A stretch of DNA of 52,069 nucleotides, from the NCBI GenBank assembly GCA_024279115.1, contig JAJRRW010000122.1:1-52069 (forward strand). Direction: 5' to 3'. How positions within the stretch are numbered: position 1 is the first letter of the stretch; each line of letters starts with the position of its first letter. The notes beneath the pieces were generated by a model. The model was given only the letters and a program-made list of their open reading frames with translations, was not told the DNA's origin and did no database searches. The stretch is from Alphaproteobacteria bacterium. GTDB lineage: Bacteria; Pseudomonadota; Alphaproteobacteria; Rhizobiales; JAKIUO01. A program made the translations under genes and the position numbers. Of the stretch, positions 19,330 through 30,232 are shown one piece after another.

Positions 19330-21257
19330 ATGACAAATGATATTGATCGCGCGCTCAAGGACTATTTTGGATTTGATCACTTTCGCGGTGGTCAGCGCGA
19401 GGTGATCGAGCGCTTGATGGAGGGGCGCTCGGCCGCCGCCGTTTTTCCAACAGGCGCTGGAAAATCGCTTTGTTACCAGTTACCGGCCCTTTTGAAGCCG
19501 GGGCTGACACTCGTGGTATCGCCGCTCATTGCTTTGATGAAAGATCAGGTGGATGCGCTGGCCCGGCGCGATATTGCCGCCTCTCAACTTGATAGCAGCT
19601 TGAGCCTTGATGAGTATCGCGATGTCATGGCGCGGGTGCGTGAGGGGTCGTTGCGGCTGCTCTATGTGGCCCCCGAGCGTTTTAACAATGAACGTTTTCG
19701 CGCCGCGATCCAGGGAGTAGAGATCTCGCTGTTTGCGGTTGACGAGGCCCATTGTATTTCCGAATGGGGTCATAATTTTCGCCCCGATTATCTAAAACTG
19801 GCTGGCTTTGCCCGCGATCTCGATGCCAAATGTGTGCTGGCACTGACGGCGACCGCGACCAGCAAGGTGCTGGAGGATATTCGCGCCGGCTTTGATATCG
19901 AGCCAGACTGTGCAGTGCGCACGGGGTTCTATCGGCCGAACCTGACTTTGCTGATGACCCCGGTGACGGTGCACGAGCGCGATGATCTGCTCCTGGCCAG
20001 ATTGCGTGAGCGACCAAAGGGCGCCACCATCATCTATGTCACCTTGCAAAAAACCGCGGAGCAGATCGGCGCTCTTCTCAATGAGCAAGGGTTGAGGCGC
20101 GCGCTTATCATGCGGGCATGAAGCCTGATATGCGGGCCGCTATTCAGGACTGGTTCATGGGCTCCAGCCAGGGCATTGTGGTGGCCACCATCGCGTTTGG
20201 CATGGGGGGCGATAAAGCCGATATCCGCTCTGTCTATCATTATAATACTCCCAAAAGCCTGGAAAACTATTCGCAGGAAATAGGCCGGGCCGGGCGCGAT
20301 GATCAGCCCTCTATCTGCGATGCCTTTATCTGCCTGGACGATCGTTTTGTGCTGGAAAACTTCGTTTATGGCGACACGCCAACTCCTAAAGCCTTACGCG
20401 GCCTGGTCGAAGCCTTGTTTACAAAGGACGAGCAGTTTGACGTCAATCTGTATGAGCTGTCCAGCAGCCATGATATACGCCCACTGGTTTTGCGCACCTT
20501 GCTCACCTATCTGGAGCTAGAAGGTTATTTGCGCGGCGGGACGCCCTTTTACGCGGACTATCAGTTCAAGCCCTTGCAGAGTTCAAGCGATATTCTTGGG
20601 CAATTTGAGGGGGCGCAAAGGGACTTTCTGGCCGGTATCTTCAAGCAATCCGTGAAGAAGAAAATATGGTTCCACATCGATCTGGCACAGACCGCCCGTG
20701 CCCTTGATTGCGATCGCGAAAAGGTCATCAAGTCCCTTGATTATCTAGGGGACCGGCAGATGTTTGAAGTGAAAGCTGCGGGCATTCGTCATCGCTATCA
20801 GCGACTCAAAACACCGGATGATTTTGAACAGCTGGCCGGGCAATTATTCGCGCGCATGGAGCGACGCGAAGAGGCCGAAATCGATCGTTTGGCGCAAGTG
20901 CTCGATCTGGCAAAACTTGATGATTGTCAGACCAATGCTCTGGCCGCCCATTTTGCACAAATACGGGACCAGCCGTGTGGTCATTGCTCTCATTGCCTGA
21001 ACGGCCCGCAACAATTGTGCGACGCGGATCCTCCAGATATAGACAAGGGACTTGTGGGTGCTATCACAAATCTGCTGACCAGTGATGCCAACACTAATGT
21101 TCTGCAAGATCCTCGCTCCCTGACGCGTTTTTTGTGCGGTATCACCTCGCCGGGGATCTCAAAGGCGCGGCTCACACGTCACGAGCTGTTTGGCGCACTG
21201 GAGCGCACTCCGTTTGCGCAGGTGCGAGACTGGATCGAAACGCAAAATATCGTGTAA
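19330..21257 (+). pseudogene. recQ: RecQ-family ATP-dependent DNA helicase, split by a 1-nt frameshift near 20095-20100
   Basis: [14 protein letters not shown] and [15 protein letters not shown] lie in one frame; ATIAFGMG.DK, YSQEIGRAGRD and CGHCSHC lie in another. Adding one G to ttgaggcgcgcgcttatcatgcgggc restores [10 protein letters not shown]. May be an assembly error. Confidence 0.85.
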
Positions 21258-21348
21258 GCTCAAGGCCAGGGAAAATGGGAGCCGGGCAAAACCGGGGGCC
21301 GGGCCAAGAACAACAAGGACCGGACAAAACAGAGGAGCGATAACCATC

Positions 21349-22191
21349 ATGGGTGGGACGTCAGACAAGTCAGGCTTGCGCCAGGTCTATTATGTTTCTG
21401 ATCGCACAGGGCGCACGGCGGAGCTGAACGGTGAAAGCCTGATGTCGCAATTTCCCGGCATCCAGTATCAGACCCATCGTTTTGCCTTCATGGACAATGG
21501 CGACAAGGTGATTGAGCTGGCCAATAAAATTGCCCGCTCTATCAAGGCCGGGGAGCAGCCGCCGGTTGTTTTCAGCACGCTGGTGGAGGCGCCCTTGCGC
21601 GACTTGCTGGCGGCCAGCGGTGCCCCGATCATTGATTTGTATGAAACATTTTTAAGCCCTTTGAAGACCATCCTGGATAGTCCCAACGCCACAAAAGTGG
21701 GTGCTGGCCATTAGGGCTTTGAGCTGCGCGAGGCCAGCGATTATCAGCGCCGCACCAAGGCGCTTGATTTTAGCCTTGCTCACGATGATGGCTTGCGCCC
21801 CAACCATTATGACAATGCTGATGTCATTGTGGTGGGCGTGTCGCGTAGCGCCAAGACGCCGATCTGTCTATATCTTGCCATGCACTTTTTTGTCCGCGCC
21901 GCCAATTTTCCGCTGACCGGCGAGGATCTGGACGGCGAGCAATTGCCGCCCTTCTTGCGCGACAAGGTTGAGCGCGTGGTGGGCCTGCATATCAATCCCG
22001 AGCGCCTGCACGCCATTCGCCAGAAACGGCGCCCCGACAGTCCCTATTCAGCCTTGCAAACCTGCCGCCAGGAAGTGCGCCGCGCCGATGAGATTTTTAA
22101 ATTGAGCGGCGTGCCCATCTATGACACCTCCACCACTTCGGTGGAAGAAATCGCCGTGCAAATCGTCAAGAAAATGGATTTGCTGCATTGA
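21349..22191 (+). pseudogene. ppsR: PEP synthetase regulatory protein (DUF299 kinase/pyrophosphorylase) with an in-frame TAG at 21712-21714
   Basis: YVSDRTGRTAE...GAGH*GFELREASDYQRR..ALDFSLAHDDG...VGVSRSAKTP, all in one frame. GAGGAG RBS. Confidence 0.85.
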
Positions 22192-22321
22192 GTTGGCGGG
22201 ATTGATTGCTGTTTGAGGGCAGGGGCGGATGCCGACTATGACATGAACGTTGGGTGTCAATAGCGCAGCGTATTGCACCATTTTTAGTCTGCAAAGCAGC
22301 AACTCAAAAGATCGCAAAAAG

Positions 22322-22498
22322 TGGATCCTCGATAAATATGCGGGGTAAGTTCATTGCCCCGAAAAAACACTGTGGCCGCATATTTTCATGGATGACGATG
22401 GGGGGGGGGCTACCCTTCCTATCGTCATCCTTGAAAATTTATGGCCACGAAGGCCAAGTTGTTGAGGGGCTTCAACCCATAAATTTATCGAGGATCCA
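22322..22498. repeat. Nested inverted-repeat intergenic element (MITE/REP-like or structured RNA)
   Basis: Outer perfect 16-bp IR TGGATCCTCGATAAAT (22322-22337 / 22483-22498). Inner long hairpin at 22372-22449 with GGATGACGAT/ATCGTCATCC around a G10 run. Confidence 0.7.
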
Positions 22499-22636
22499 TC
22501 TTCAGCGCTTGAGCGCCTTGCTGTTCAAAACGATCACGCTCTTTCTATACTTGTGGATGACCGCAAAAGAGCGGACAAATGCAAAGAATCGGATCATTCT
22601 AAGCTTCCAAACAACTGGCAAAGGAACGCAAATCTC

Positions 22637-22948
22637 GTGAAAATCTACGGCATTAAAAACTGTGACACCTGCCGCAAGGCCATGAAGGCATTGGGCGCCG
22701 AGCTGCATGATGTGCGCGACACCCCCTTGAGCCGCGAGCAGCTTGAGCGCTTTTTTGAGGCCTTTGGACCAGCCCTGCTCAACACCCGCTCCACCACCTG
22801 GCGCAATCTTGACGAGGCGGCCAGAAATGAGGACCTCCTCGCTTTATTGCAAGCGCACCCAACCTGGATGAAACGCCCGGTCATCGAACAAGGTGATGAG
22901 CTGTTGCTGGGCTGGAGCAAAGAGGTGCAGGCGACATTGCTGGGGTGA
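22637..22948 (+). CDS. ArsC/Spx/YffB family thioredoxin-fold protein
   Basis: MKIYGIKNCDTCRKA, LLNTRSTTWR and HPT.MKRPVI. GTG start with AAGGA RBS. Confidence 0.9.
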   Translation: MKIYGIKNCDTCRKAMKALGAELHDVRDTPLSREQLERFFEAFGPALLNTRSTTWRNLDEAARNEDLLALLQAHPTWMKRPVIEQGDELLLGWSKEVQATLLG

Positions 22949-23059
22949 ATTTGAAACACCAGCATTGGAGAGACGATAGGGTCTCTCGAACACCGATGTT
23001 TTGTGATCCTGTGGCGACAATGATTGCTTATATAGTTGGAGTACTGAATAATTACAGGG

Positions 23060-24814
23060 CTATGCGGCTTGTACCCGTCCAATGAACTGATCAACCTCAT
23101 CTTTCAAAAAGATTGCCTGCTGAGATAGTTCTTGGGCTGCAGAGGTGACTTGGCCAGAGGCGACTTGTGCGTCTTGAGAGGCCTGTGTTACCGAATTGAT
23201 ATTGTCATTTACTTGCTGCGTACCCATCGCCGCCTGGTTGACGCTTGAGGCGATTTCCTGAGTGGCAGCGCTTTGCTCTTCCATAGCCGCAGAAATGGCT
23301 GTGGAAATTTCTTCGACTTTTCCAATCGACTGCGCGACGCTTGCCATTGAGCCAGAAGCTTTATTCGTTGCATTTTGAATATCAGATATTTGCAAAGATA
23401 TCTGGCCGGTCGCCTTGGCTGTCTGACTTGCCAATTGCTTGACCTCACCAGCTACAACCGCGAATCCTTTGCCAGCCTCGCCAGCGCGAGCAGATTCGAT
23501 CGTCGCATTGAGAGCCAGCAAGTTTGTCTGCTCGGCAATGCCGGATATGAGTTCCACCACTTCACCAATCTTGATGGCCGTTTGCGTCAATGCCTGCATT
23601 TGCTGGCTGGTTTCATCGACTTCTTCGACCGCTTGCCTTGAAGCATTTGCCGCATCTGCAACCTGCTGGCTAATCTCGCCAATAGTGCTGGTCATTTCCT
23701 CTGTTGCCGTGGCAACGGATTGCACATTATTTGACGTTTGATGAGATGATTGTGTGGCCTGCTGTGCCTGGATACTGGTGTGTTCAGATATGCCAGTCAT
23801 AGATTGGGCTGTGGACTCCAACTCTGTGGAAGCCGAAGAAACAGCCTCAACAATGCCTTGCACATTCTTGGAAAATTCCGTTGTAATACGGTCCATTTGC
23901 GCGCGCTTTTCTTCTTTTAAACGCTGGCTGCTGGCGTTATGTTTTTCTGCGTTTTGTTTTTCTTGCTGATCTTTTCGAAACAATGCCAAGGCGCTGGCCA
24001 AAATCCCAAACTCGTCGCTGCGACTGGACGAGATTGCAAATGGTATTGTGAGGTTGTTATTTGTGACCATTTCAACGTCATGCAATATTCCATCGAAATT
24101 TTTCTTGGTGAATGCGAACAGATATGATGCTCCAATCAAAATGAAAAGGAGCGTCAGACCTGCCACGGCAATAGTGATCTGAATAATTCTGTTATTTTCC
24201 GTGCGGATGCTATTGGCAGAAGAAGATAATTTCTGCAGCCGGAGCATTGTTGCCTGCGAACCGATTTTTTCCAATTGTTGGATGGTTTTACCAATTTCAG
24301 CGGCAACCTCATCGAAAGAGGCCATTATTTTATTGCCTCCAGCTGGCCCCTTCTGGACATAGCTGGTGGCCATTTTTACTCCCGTTTTGTAATAGGGAGG
24401 GAAGGTTTTTGAGACATCGCCAAGCGTTGTTAAAATCTCATCCAAACCAAGCAATTTGGCGTGCTTCTTGGCCTGTGCCACTTCTTTTCTAAAATTTTGG
24501 GCAGCGGCTTTGGCTTCCTTGAATCCATCGTCCAGCCCCTCCAGGCCACGTGTCGCAGAAATATCGCTTAGCCACTGTTGAACTTGCACAACGGAATAGT
24601 TGATGTTTTTGATATTCAGCAATAAGGGCACGGCATGATTGGCGACTTTTTGAGATTGAGTGCTTGCATATTCAAGCCCTGGTGTCTGCTTTGTCAGCTG
24701 ATAGATGATAAATCCAAATGATCCGGCCATAGTAAGAAATGTGAGGCTAAGAATAACAAGAATTTTTATTTTTAAAGAGACGCATTGCAAAATGTTGGAA
24801 ATATGAAAGGCCAT
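23060..24814 (-). CDS. Methyl-accepting chemotaxis protein
   Basis: Two TMs flanking a periplasmic sensor, a HAMP-like DEFG.LA segment, and the signalling hairpin [35 protein letters not shown]. Confidence 0.95.
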   Translation of the reverse strand: MAFHISNILQCVSLKIKILVILSLTFLTMAGSFGFIIYQLTKQTPGLEYASTQSQKVANHAVPLLLNIKNINYSVVQVQQWLSDISATRGLEGLDDGFKEAKAAAQNFRKEVAQAKKHAKLLGLDEILTTLGDVSKTFPPYYKTGVKMATSYVQKGPAGGNKIMASFDEVAAEIGKTIQQLEKIGSQATMLRLQKLSSSANSIRTENNRIIQITIAVAGLTLLFILIGASYLFAFTKKNFDGILHDVEMVTNNNLTIPFAISSSRSDEFGILASALALFRKDQQEKQNAEKHNASSQRLKEEKRAQMDRITTEFSKNVQGIVEAVSSASTELESTAQSMTGISEHTSIQAQQATQSSHQTSNNVQSVATATEEMTSTIGEISQQVADAANASRQAVEEVDETSQQMQALTQTAIKIGEVVELISGIAEQTNLLALNATIESARAGEAGKGFAVVAGEVKQLASQTAKATGQISLQISDIQNATNKASGSMASVAQSIGKVEEISTAISAAMEEQSAATQEIASSVNQAAMGTQQVNDNINSVTQASQDAQVASGQVTSAAQELSQQAIFLKDEVDQFIGRVQAA

Positions 24815-24919
24815 TTAAAATCGCTCCGGATAATTTGGATACGCAACGTGTTTTTGGTATTTTTGGTCATCTTTTTACGAGGAAACTTATAAGACTTGGC
24901 TTCATTAGATGTAAATATT

Positions 24920-24935
24920 GTTAATTAGACGTTAA
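24920..24935 (-). promoter_or_regulatory. CtrA binding site upstream of the MCP gene
   Basis: The minus strand reads TTAA-CGTCTAA-TTAAC, matching the consensus TTAA-N7-TTAAC, about 110 bp upstream of the start. Confidence 0.65.
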
Positions 24936-25000
24936 TTTATCTATGGGCGAGCGGTGCCTTGTTTTTCGACCTGGAGAAAAACCCCTTGTACAGAGCGAAA

Positions 25001-25044
25001 ACAATAAACCGCCCGCAGTTTCCTGCGAGCGGTTTTGTTATTTT
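25001..25044. terminator. Rho-independent terminator, probably bidirectional, downstream of gap
   Basis: Stem AAACCGCCCGCAG/CTGCGAGCGGTTT with A-rich and T-rich flanks. Confidence 0.7.
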
Positions 25045-25207
25045 GTAGCCCTGCCAAGCCCCACCAGGAACAAGAATTCCAAAGCGAATCAGAGGCAAAC
25101 CCGACGGTAATCCAAACCGATGTAATCATCGCAAGCCCGACCGGATGCCGGACCTTAGTCCGCCCCCATGGAGACCCGAGCGAAGCGAGGATTAGCCGCG
25201 AATGCAA

Positions 25208-26215
25208 TTAAGCATTCATCATGGCGACAGCAGTGTCGTTCATGCGGTTGGAGAAGCCCCATTCATTGTCGTACCATGAAACAACGCGGACCAGCTTGCC
25301 GGCAACGATCTGGGTCAGATTGCTGTCGAAGTTGGAGCTATGGGGATCATGGTTGAAGTCGATGGAAACGAGTTTCTTATCAACATATTGCAAGATATTT
25401 GTCATGGGACCATCGGCGGCCTGTTTCATGGCGGCGTGGATCTCTTCGATTGACGTTTCGCGCACCGGCACGAATTTCAGATCGACGACGGAAACATTTG
25501 CTGTTGGCACGCGGATCGCAGCGCCGTCAAGCTTGCCAGCAAGCTGTGGCAGCACCAGACCAACGGCCTTGGCAGCACCGGTTGAAGTCGGGATCATGGA
25601 TAGAGCCGCAGCACGGGCGCGATACATATCGCTATGTGGACCATCATGAATGTTCTGGTCGCCGGTATAGGCGTGAATGGTGGTCATGTAACCATGGTCG
25701 ATGCCACAAAGATCGTCGAGCACTTTGGCCATGGGTGACAGGCAGTTGGTGGTACATGATGCGTTGGAGACAATTACATCACTGGCTTCCAGCGTGTCAT
25801 GGTTGACACCATAAACGATTGTTTTATCGGCGTTGTTTGCAGGTGCGGAACAAAGAACCTTTTTGGCGCCCGCATTAACATGCATCATGGCTTTTTCTTT
25901 GTCGTTGAAAATGCCCGTACATTCCATGACAAGATCAACACCCAGCTCGCCCCAAGGCAATTTGTTGGGATCGCGTTCGGCCAGTACTTTGATAGGACCG
26001 CCAGTGCCCGCATCCATCATGTCACCACTAAGAGTGATGTCTTTGGGGTATTTGCCATGTACACTGTCATATTGCATCATGTGTGCATTGTGTTCAGGAG
26101 AGCCCAGATCATTAATGGCAACGACGTTGACATCAGTGCGTCCTGATTCACCGATCGCGCGCAGGACGTTGCGTCCGATGCGTCCAAAACCCGAAATTGC
26201 TACATTAATAGCCAT
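25208..26215 (-). CDS. gap: Type I glyceraldehyde-3-phosphate dehydrogenase
   Basis: Motifs [28 protein letters not shown] and WYDNEWGFS. Confidence 0.97.
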   Translation of the reverse strand: MAINVAISGFGRIGRNVLRAIGESGRTDVNVVAINDLGSPEHNAHMMQYDSVHGKYPKDITLSGDMMDAGTGGPIKVLAERDPNKLPWGELGVDLVMECTGIFNDKEKAMMHVNAGAKKVLCSAPANNADKTIVYGVNHDTLEASDVIVSNASCTTNCLSPMAKVLDDLCGIDHGYMTTIHAYTGDQNIHDGPHSDMYRARAAALSMIPTSTGAAKAVGLVLPQLAGKLDGAAIRVPTANVSVVDLKFVPVRETSIEEIHAAMKQAADGPMTNILQYVDKKLVSIDFNHDPHSSNFDSNLTQIVAGKLVRVVSWYDNEWGFSNRMNDTAVAMMNA

Positions 26216-26567
26216 GATAATATTTCCTCTGTATTTTGCGTTTAGCGCTTATTGCTCACGCTTGTTGTCTGTGGCCTTTTGGGCCGTGTGCCTCGTAATT
26301 TTCGGTCTGCAATGCGCGATAGTCATCGCTGTCAGCCCGCTAATACCGTTGTTAGAACCGGTAAAACGCTGCGTCTATGGGGTTCAAATGAAATGTGATG
26401 CAGCGCGTGGCAACGCTGGTCCCGCCTTTAATGCTTTGTTGGCAGCGCAGAGTCAATGGCTTAGGATGTCTCAAACAGATGAAAATGGCTGATTCTTAAC
26501 TTTGGACCAGCCAATTGGTCAGATATAGTGTAAATCGGGTTGTTTGCAGGGGATAAGGGGCTGGTTG

Positions 26568-26996
26568 ATGGGTGAGGTGAACATCACGATTGGCGGACGA
26601 TCGTTTAAACTTGGTTGCGACGACGGGGAAGAGCAGCATCTTTTGGTGCTGGCGGAGCATTTGGGCAAGCATGTTGAAATATTGCGCGCCAATATCGGTC
26701 AATCCGGTGATGAACAGCTCTATTTGATGGCGGGCCTGATGGTTTGTGATGAGCTGTGGGATAGTCGCATTGCAAATGACAAACTGGAAGAAAAACTAAA
26801 AGCACGCATCATCAGCCCGGATCAGGTTGAAATTCTGCCGCCCGAGGCAAGACCTGTCAGGCAAGCTGGCATGGCAGGAGTGGCAGGCAAAGCAGGAGTG
26901 GCGAGCGGCCAAAAACCGGCTCGCGCGCCAGCTGGCAGACCAGCAGCGGGTCCCGCTCGTGCAGCGCCCCCCAAACCCGTCGCAAAACAGACTTGA
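26568..26996 (+). CDS. zapA: Cell division protein ZapA with an Ala/Pro-rich tail
   Basis: MGEVNITIGGRSFKLGCDDGEEQHL...LMAGLMVCDEL, directly upstream of the 6S RNA. Confidence 0.9.
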   Translation: MGEVNITIGGRSFKLGCDDGEEQHLLVLAEHLGKHVEILRANIGQSGDEQLYLMAGLMVCDELWDSRIANDKLEEKLKARIISPDQVEILPPEARPVRQAGMAGVAGKAGVASGQKPARAPAGRPAAGPARAAPPKPVAKQT

Positions 26997-27030
26997 CGAA
27001 CCAGCTATTTACCTGTCCACTTCAATGTGG

Positions 27031-27203
27031 AAAGCGGCAGAGCTGCGGGGTGCGTCAGGAGACAAACAATTCCCCAGGCCGATAATCTTCCATTGGGAGC
27101 CGACGCTGCCAGGGCCCTGGTCCTGATCATTTGGCGCCCACCTTATATTAAGGGACTTGGAGGAATTTATAGCGCTCCAACGGCTTTCGCGGCCTGCTGT
27201 TTT
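27031..27203 (+). ncRNA. ssrS: 6S RNA
   Basis: Immediately after zapA. Alphaproteobacterial 6S-type segments GCTGCG.GGTGCGTCAGGAG, GGGAGC, GGCGCCCACCT and CTCCAACGG. The termini pair (AAAGCGGCAG/CTGCTGTTTT) and TTGACG lies upstream at 26993. Confidence 0.88.
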
Positions 27204-27208
27204 CTTTA

Positions 27209-27562
27209 TTTATCTCACGGCAATTCCGCCTAACGGCGGGCCTCCGATGGGGCGGGCAACGCCCGGCGCGCAGTCGCGCTTGCCGAAGAGTTCTTCGGTG
27301 GTTCTTTACAATAGCAAACTCTGTTCGGTGGAAAAGAATTCCGATGGTCCCATCGGCAAGCGTGACTGCGCGCCGCACGGTAGTGCGCCCTATAGCCCTC
27401 AAGTAGCGAAGCTATAGGGCAACTTATAGAGCAGGCCCGAGCACAGCGAGGAATGGCCGTGAGACAAAAATCCCGACCAACGGGAGGCAAGGCCGACTGG
27501 CCGCCGGGCTTTTGCCCGCCCCATCGGAGGCCCGCCGTTAGGCGGAATTGCCGTGAGATAAA
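27209..27562. mobile_element. Non-coding MITE/REP-composite element with perfect 51-bp terminal inverted repeats
   Basis: 27209-27259 is the exact reverse complement of 27512-27562. Internal hairpins at 27264-27375 and GCCCTATAGC/GCTATAGGGC. No transposase. Confidence 0.72.
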
Positions 27563-27624
27563 CAAATAAAACCAAATAAAACCAGAATGTTATAATATAG
27601 TTGGGAAAATAGTGGACAGTGTTT

Positions 27625-27650
27625 GTTCTCATATGGTACAAATAGAGAAC
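27625..27650. promoter_or_regulatory. Candidate alphaproteobacterial LexA (SOS) boxes upstream of nrdJ
   Basis: GTTC-tcatatg-GTAC-aaataga-GAAC gives two overlapping near-matches to GTTC-N7-GTTC / GAAC-N7-GAAC. Confidence 0.45.
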
Positions 27651-27690
27651 ATTAAGAGTGATTCTCCCCGATCAGATGGAAGGCAGGTAT

Positions 27691-30071
27691 ATGATGAGTT
27701 CTGGTAATGCTGTGCTGCCGCCTATTTCGCAAAGGATCTGGGAACGTAAATATGCTTTGAAAAACGATGATGGTTCGCTACGCGATCAAAGCGTTGAGGA
27801 TAGTTGGCGGCGTGTGGCCAAGGCGGCTGCAAAAGCCGAGAAAAAAGCTGATCGGACCAAATGGCGCGAGCGGTTTTATGAGGCGATGGAAGATTTCGCG
27901 TTTCTGCCCGGCGGGCGTATTCTGGCCGGGGCTGGGGCCGGGCGTCAACTGACCTTGTTCAATTGTTTCGTCATGAACCAGATAGAGGATGATACTTCTT
28001 CGATCTTTGAGACTTTGCGTGAAGGTGCCCTCACTATGCAGCAGGGCGGTGGGATTGGTCTTGATTTTTCGACCCTGCGGCCAGCGGGTGCACTGGTACG
28101 CGGGGTCGGGGCTGATGCAGCAGGGCCGGTCAGTTTCATGCGTGTGTTTGATGCCATGTGTGGCACCATACAATCCTCAGGCGCCCGAAGAGGAGCGATG
28201 ATGGCTACCTTGAGCGTCAGCCACCCAGATATTGAGCACTTTATCGACGCCAAGTCACAGCCGGGACATCTGAACAATTTCAACCTGTCGATATTGATCA
28301 GTGACGACTTTATGAAAGCGGTTGATGAGGGGGCCGATTGGAGCCTTTCTTTTGAAGGCAAGGCTTATAGGTCGGTGAGTGCATCGGTCCTTTTTGACAA
28401 GGTCATGCGCGCCACCTATGAGCGTGCGGAACCTGGCGTGTTGTTCATGGATCAGATCAACAAGCGCAACAAGCTTTCTTATTGCGAGACAATCTATGCG
28501 ACCAATCCTTGCGGTGAACAGCCCTTGCCGCCTTATGGTGCTTGTATGCTCGGATCGATCAATCTGACCCGTCTGATTAAACAGCCCTTTGCAAAACAGG
28601 CCAGCCTTGATGAAAACAGACTACTCGATCTGGTCCAGGTGGGGGTGCGATTCCTAGATAATATAATTGATATTTCTGGTTATCCCTTGAAGGCGCAGAA
28701 AAAAGAAGCCAGAGCCAAAAGGCGGATTGGTCTTGGCATTACGGGGCTTGCCGATGCGCTTGCCATGTGCGGGAAGCGTTATGGTAGCAAGGCTGCCCGC
28801 GAATTGGCGGTGCGCTGGATGAGCCTCATTCAAAATGCCGCCTATGTGGCCAGCGCCGATCTGGCACAAGAAAAGGGCGTCTTTCCTCTTTATGACGCCG
28901 AGCAGCATCGATTGTCCCCAGAAATGGGGTTTTTGCAAAAACAAACACTCAAGAGCGTCAGGAAACACGGACTTCGCAATGGGCTATTGACCTCGATTGC
29001 TCCCACCGGCACAATCTCGCTGCTGGCGGGGAATGTTTCGGGTGGCATCGAACCGATATTTGATCTTTCCTATCAGCGCAGCTTTCGGGACAAGAATGGA
29101 TTGTCCCATGATGAGCAGATTGAAGATTACGCCTTTTATCTGCATCAACAGCTACAAGGGGCCGAGGCGTCTTTGCCAGATAGTTTCGCAACGGTTGCGG
29201 ATCTGACGCCGGGCGATCACCTGGCCATGCAATCAGCATTGCAGCCATTTGTTGATAGTGCCATTTCCAAAACCATTAATTGTCCGCGCGATATTTCCTT
29301 TGAGAACTTCAAATCGATTTATGCCGATGCTTACCGTCTGGGCCTCAAGGGCTGTACGACCTATCGACCAAATGCGATCACCGGGACCCTTTTGAAAAGC
29401 GATGGGCGATCGGATACCGGTGAGGAGCTGGTCGAAATGGCAATTGATGAACAGAGTGAAAATACTGGTGCGGTGTTTACTCAGTCTGCCCTGCCATTAT
29501 CGGCATCGCACGGATTGCAAAGGGCTGCGTTCAACGTGTCGCGTGCGGATAGTGATATACACTATTTGAGTGATCCAATGGAGCGCAGCGCGACTCTGGC
29601 TGGTTATACCTATAAGTTACGTTGGCCCGATAGTGAGCATGCAACCTATATCACCATCAATGATATCATCCTTAATGACCGACGGCGGCCATTTGAAATA
29701 TTTATCAATTCAAAGAACCTGGAGCATTATGCCTGGACCGTGGCATTGACCCGAATGATTTCGGCAGTGTTCCGGCGGGGCGGCGAGTGTCGTTTGTTGT
29801 TGAGGAATTGAAAGCGGTATTTGATCCACGTGGTGGTCAATGGATGAACGGTCATTATGTACCAAGCCTGTTGGCAGCGATCGGTGATGTGGTGGAGAAG
29901 CATTTGATAGATACAGGGTTTCTCTTACAGCTTGGCGATGAAGAAAAAAAAGGGGTAGAGGAATTGAAAACGGGGAACGCGCGCTATTGTCCAAAATGCT
30001 CACAGCCTGCTCTGGTCTACCAGGAAGGATGTCATAATTGTCGCTCGTGTGGATATTCGAAATGCAGCTAA
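27691..30071 (+). pseudogene. nrdJ: Adenosylcobalamin-dependent (class II) ribonucleotide reductase with TSCPD domain and C-terminal Zn ribbon; 1-nt frameshift near 29785
   Basis: Motifs TLFNCFV, TNPCGEQPL, IAPTGTIS and GLKGCTTYR, then a TSCPD domain. One extra base in ggcgagtgtcg restores RRGG(E/D)VSFVVEELK, leading to CPKC...C..CGYSKCS. Likely an intact gene with a sequence error. Confidence 0.9.
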
Positions 30072-30232
30072 GCAGTCAAAGCGAGTTTCCCGCAGATTAT
30101 AGTGGCAGCGGCTATCGAGGTCTTGCGGTTAGGGAATTGTTCACCAAAAGAACAGCTTCGAGCCACAATTTATCACAATTAGGCTATAATAGTTATGGCG
30201 TAACAATCGATATTAAGTATAGCAGGGACATT

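Noticed and set aside
21712-21714. Pyrrolysine codon in ppsR
   Set aside because: No pyl genes are visible, the position is a linker, and TAG terminates other genes here normally.
27588-27606. NrdR box upstream of nrdJ
   Set aside because: TATAATATAGTTGGG is only a weak, single match to the tandem consensus.
29787-30071. Natural NrdJa/NrdJb split or programmed frameshift
   Set aside because: The break falls within the conserved RRGGxVSFVVEELK stretch of the TSCPD domain, there is no slippery heptamer, and one base restores it.
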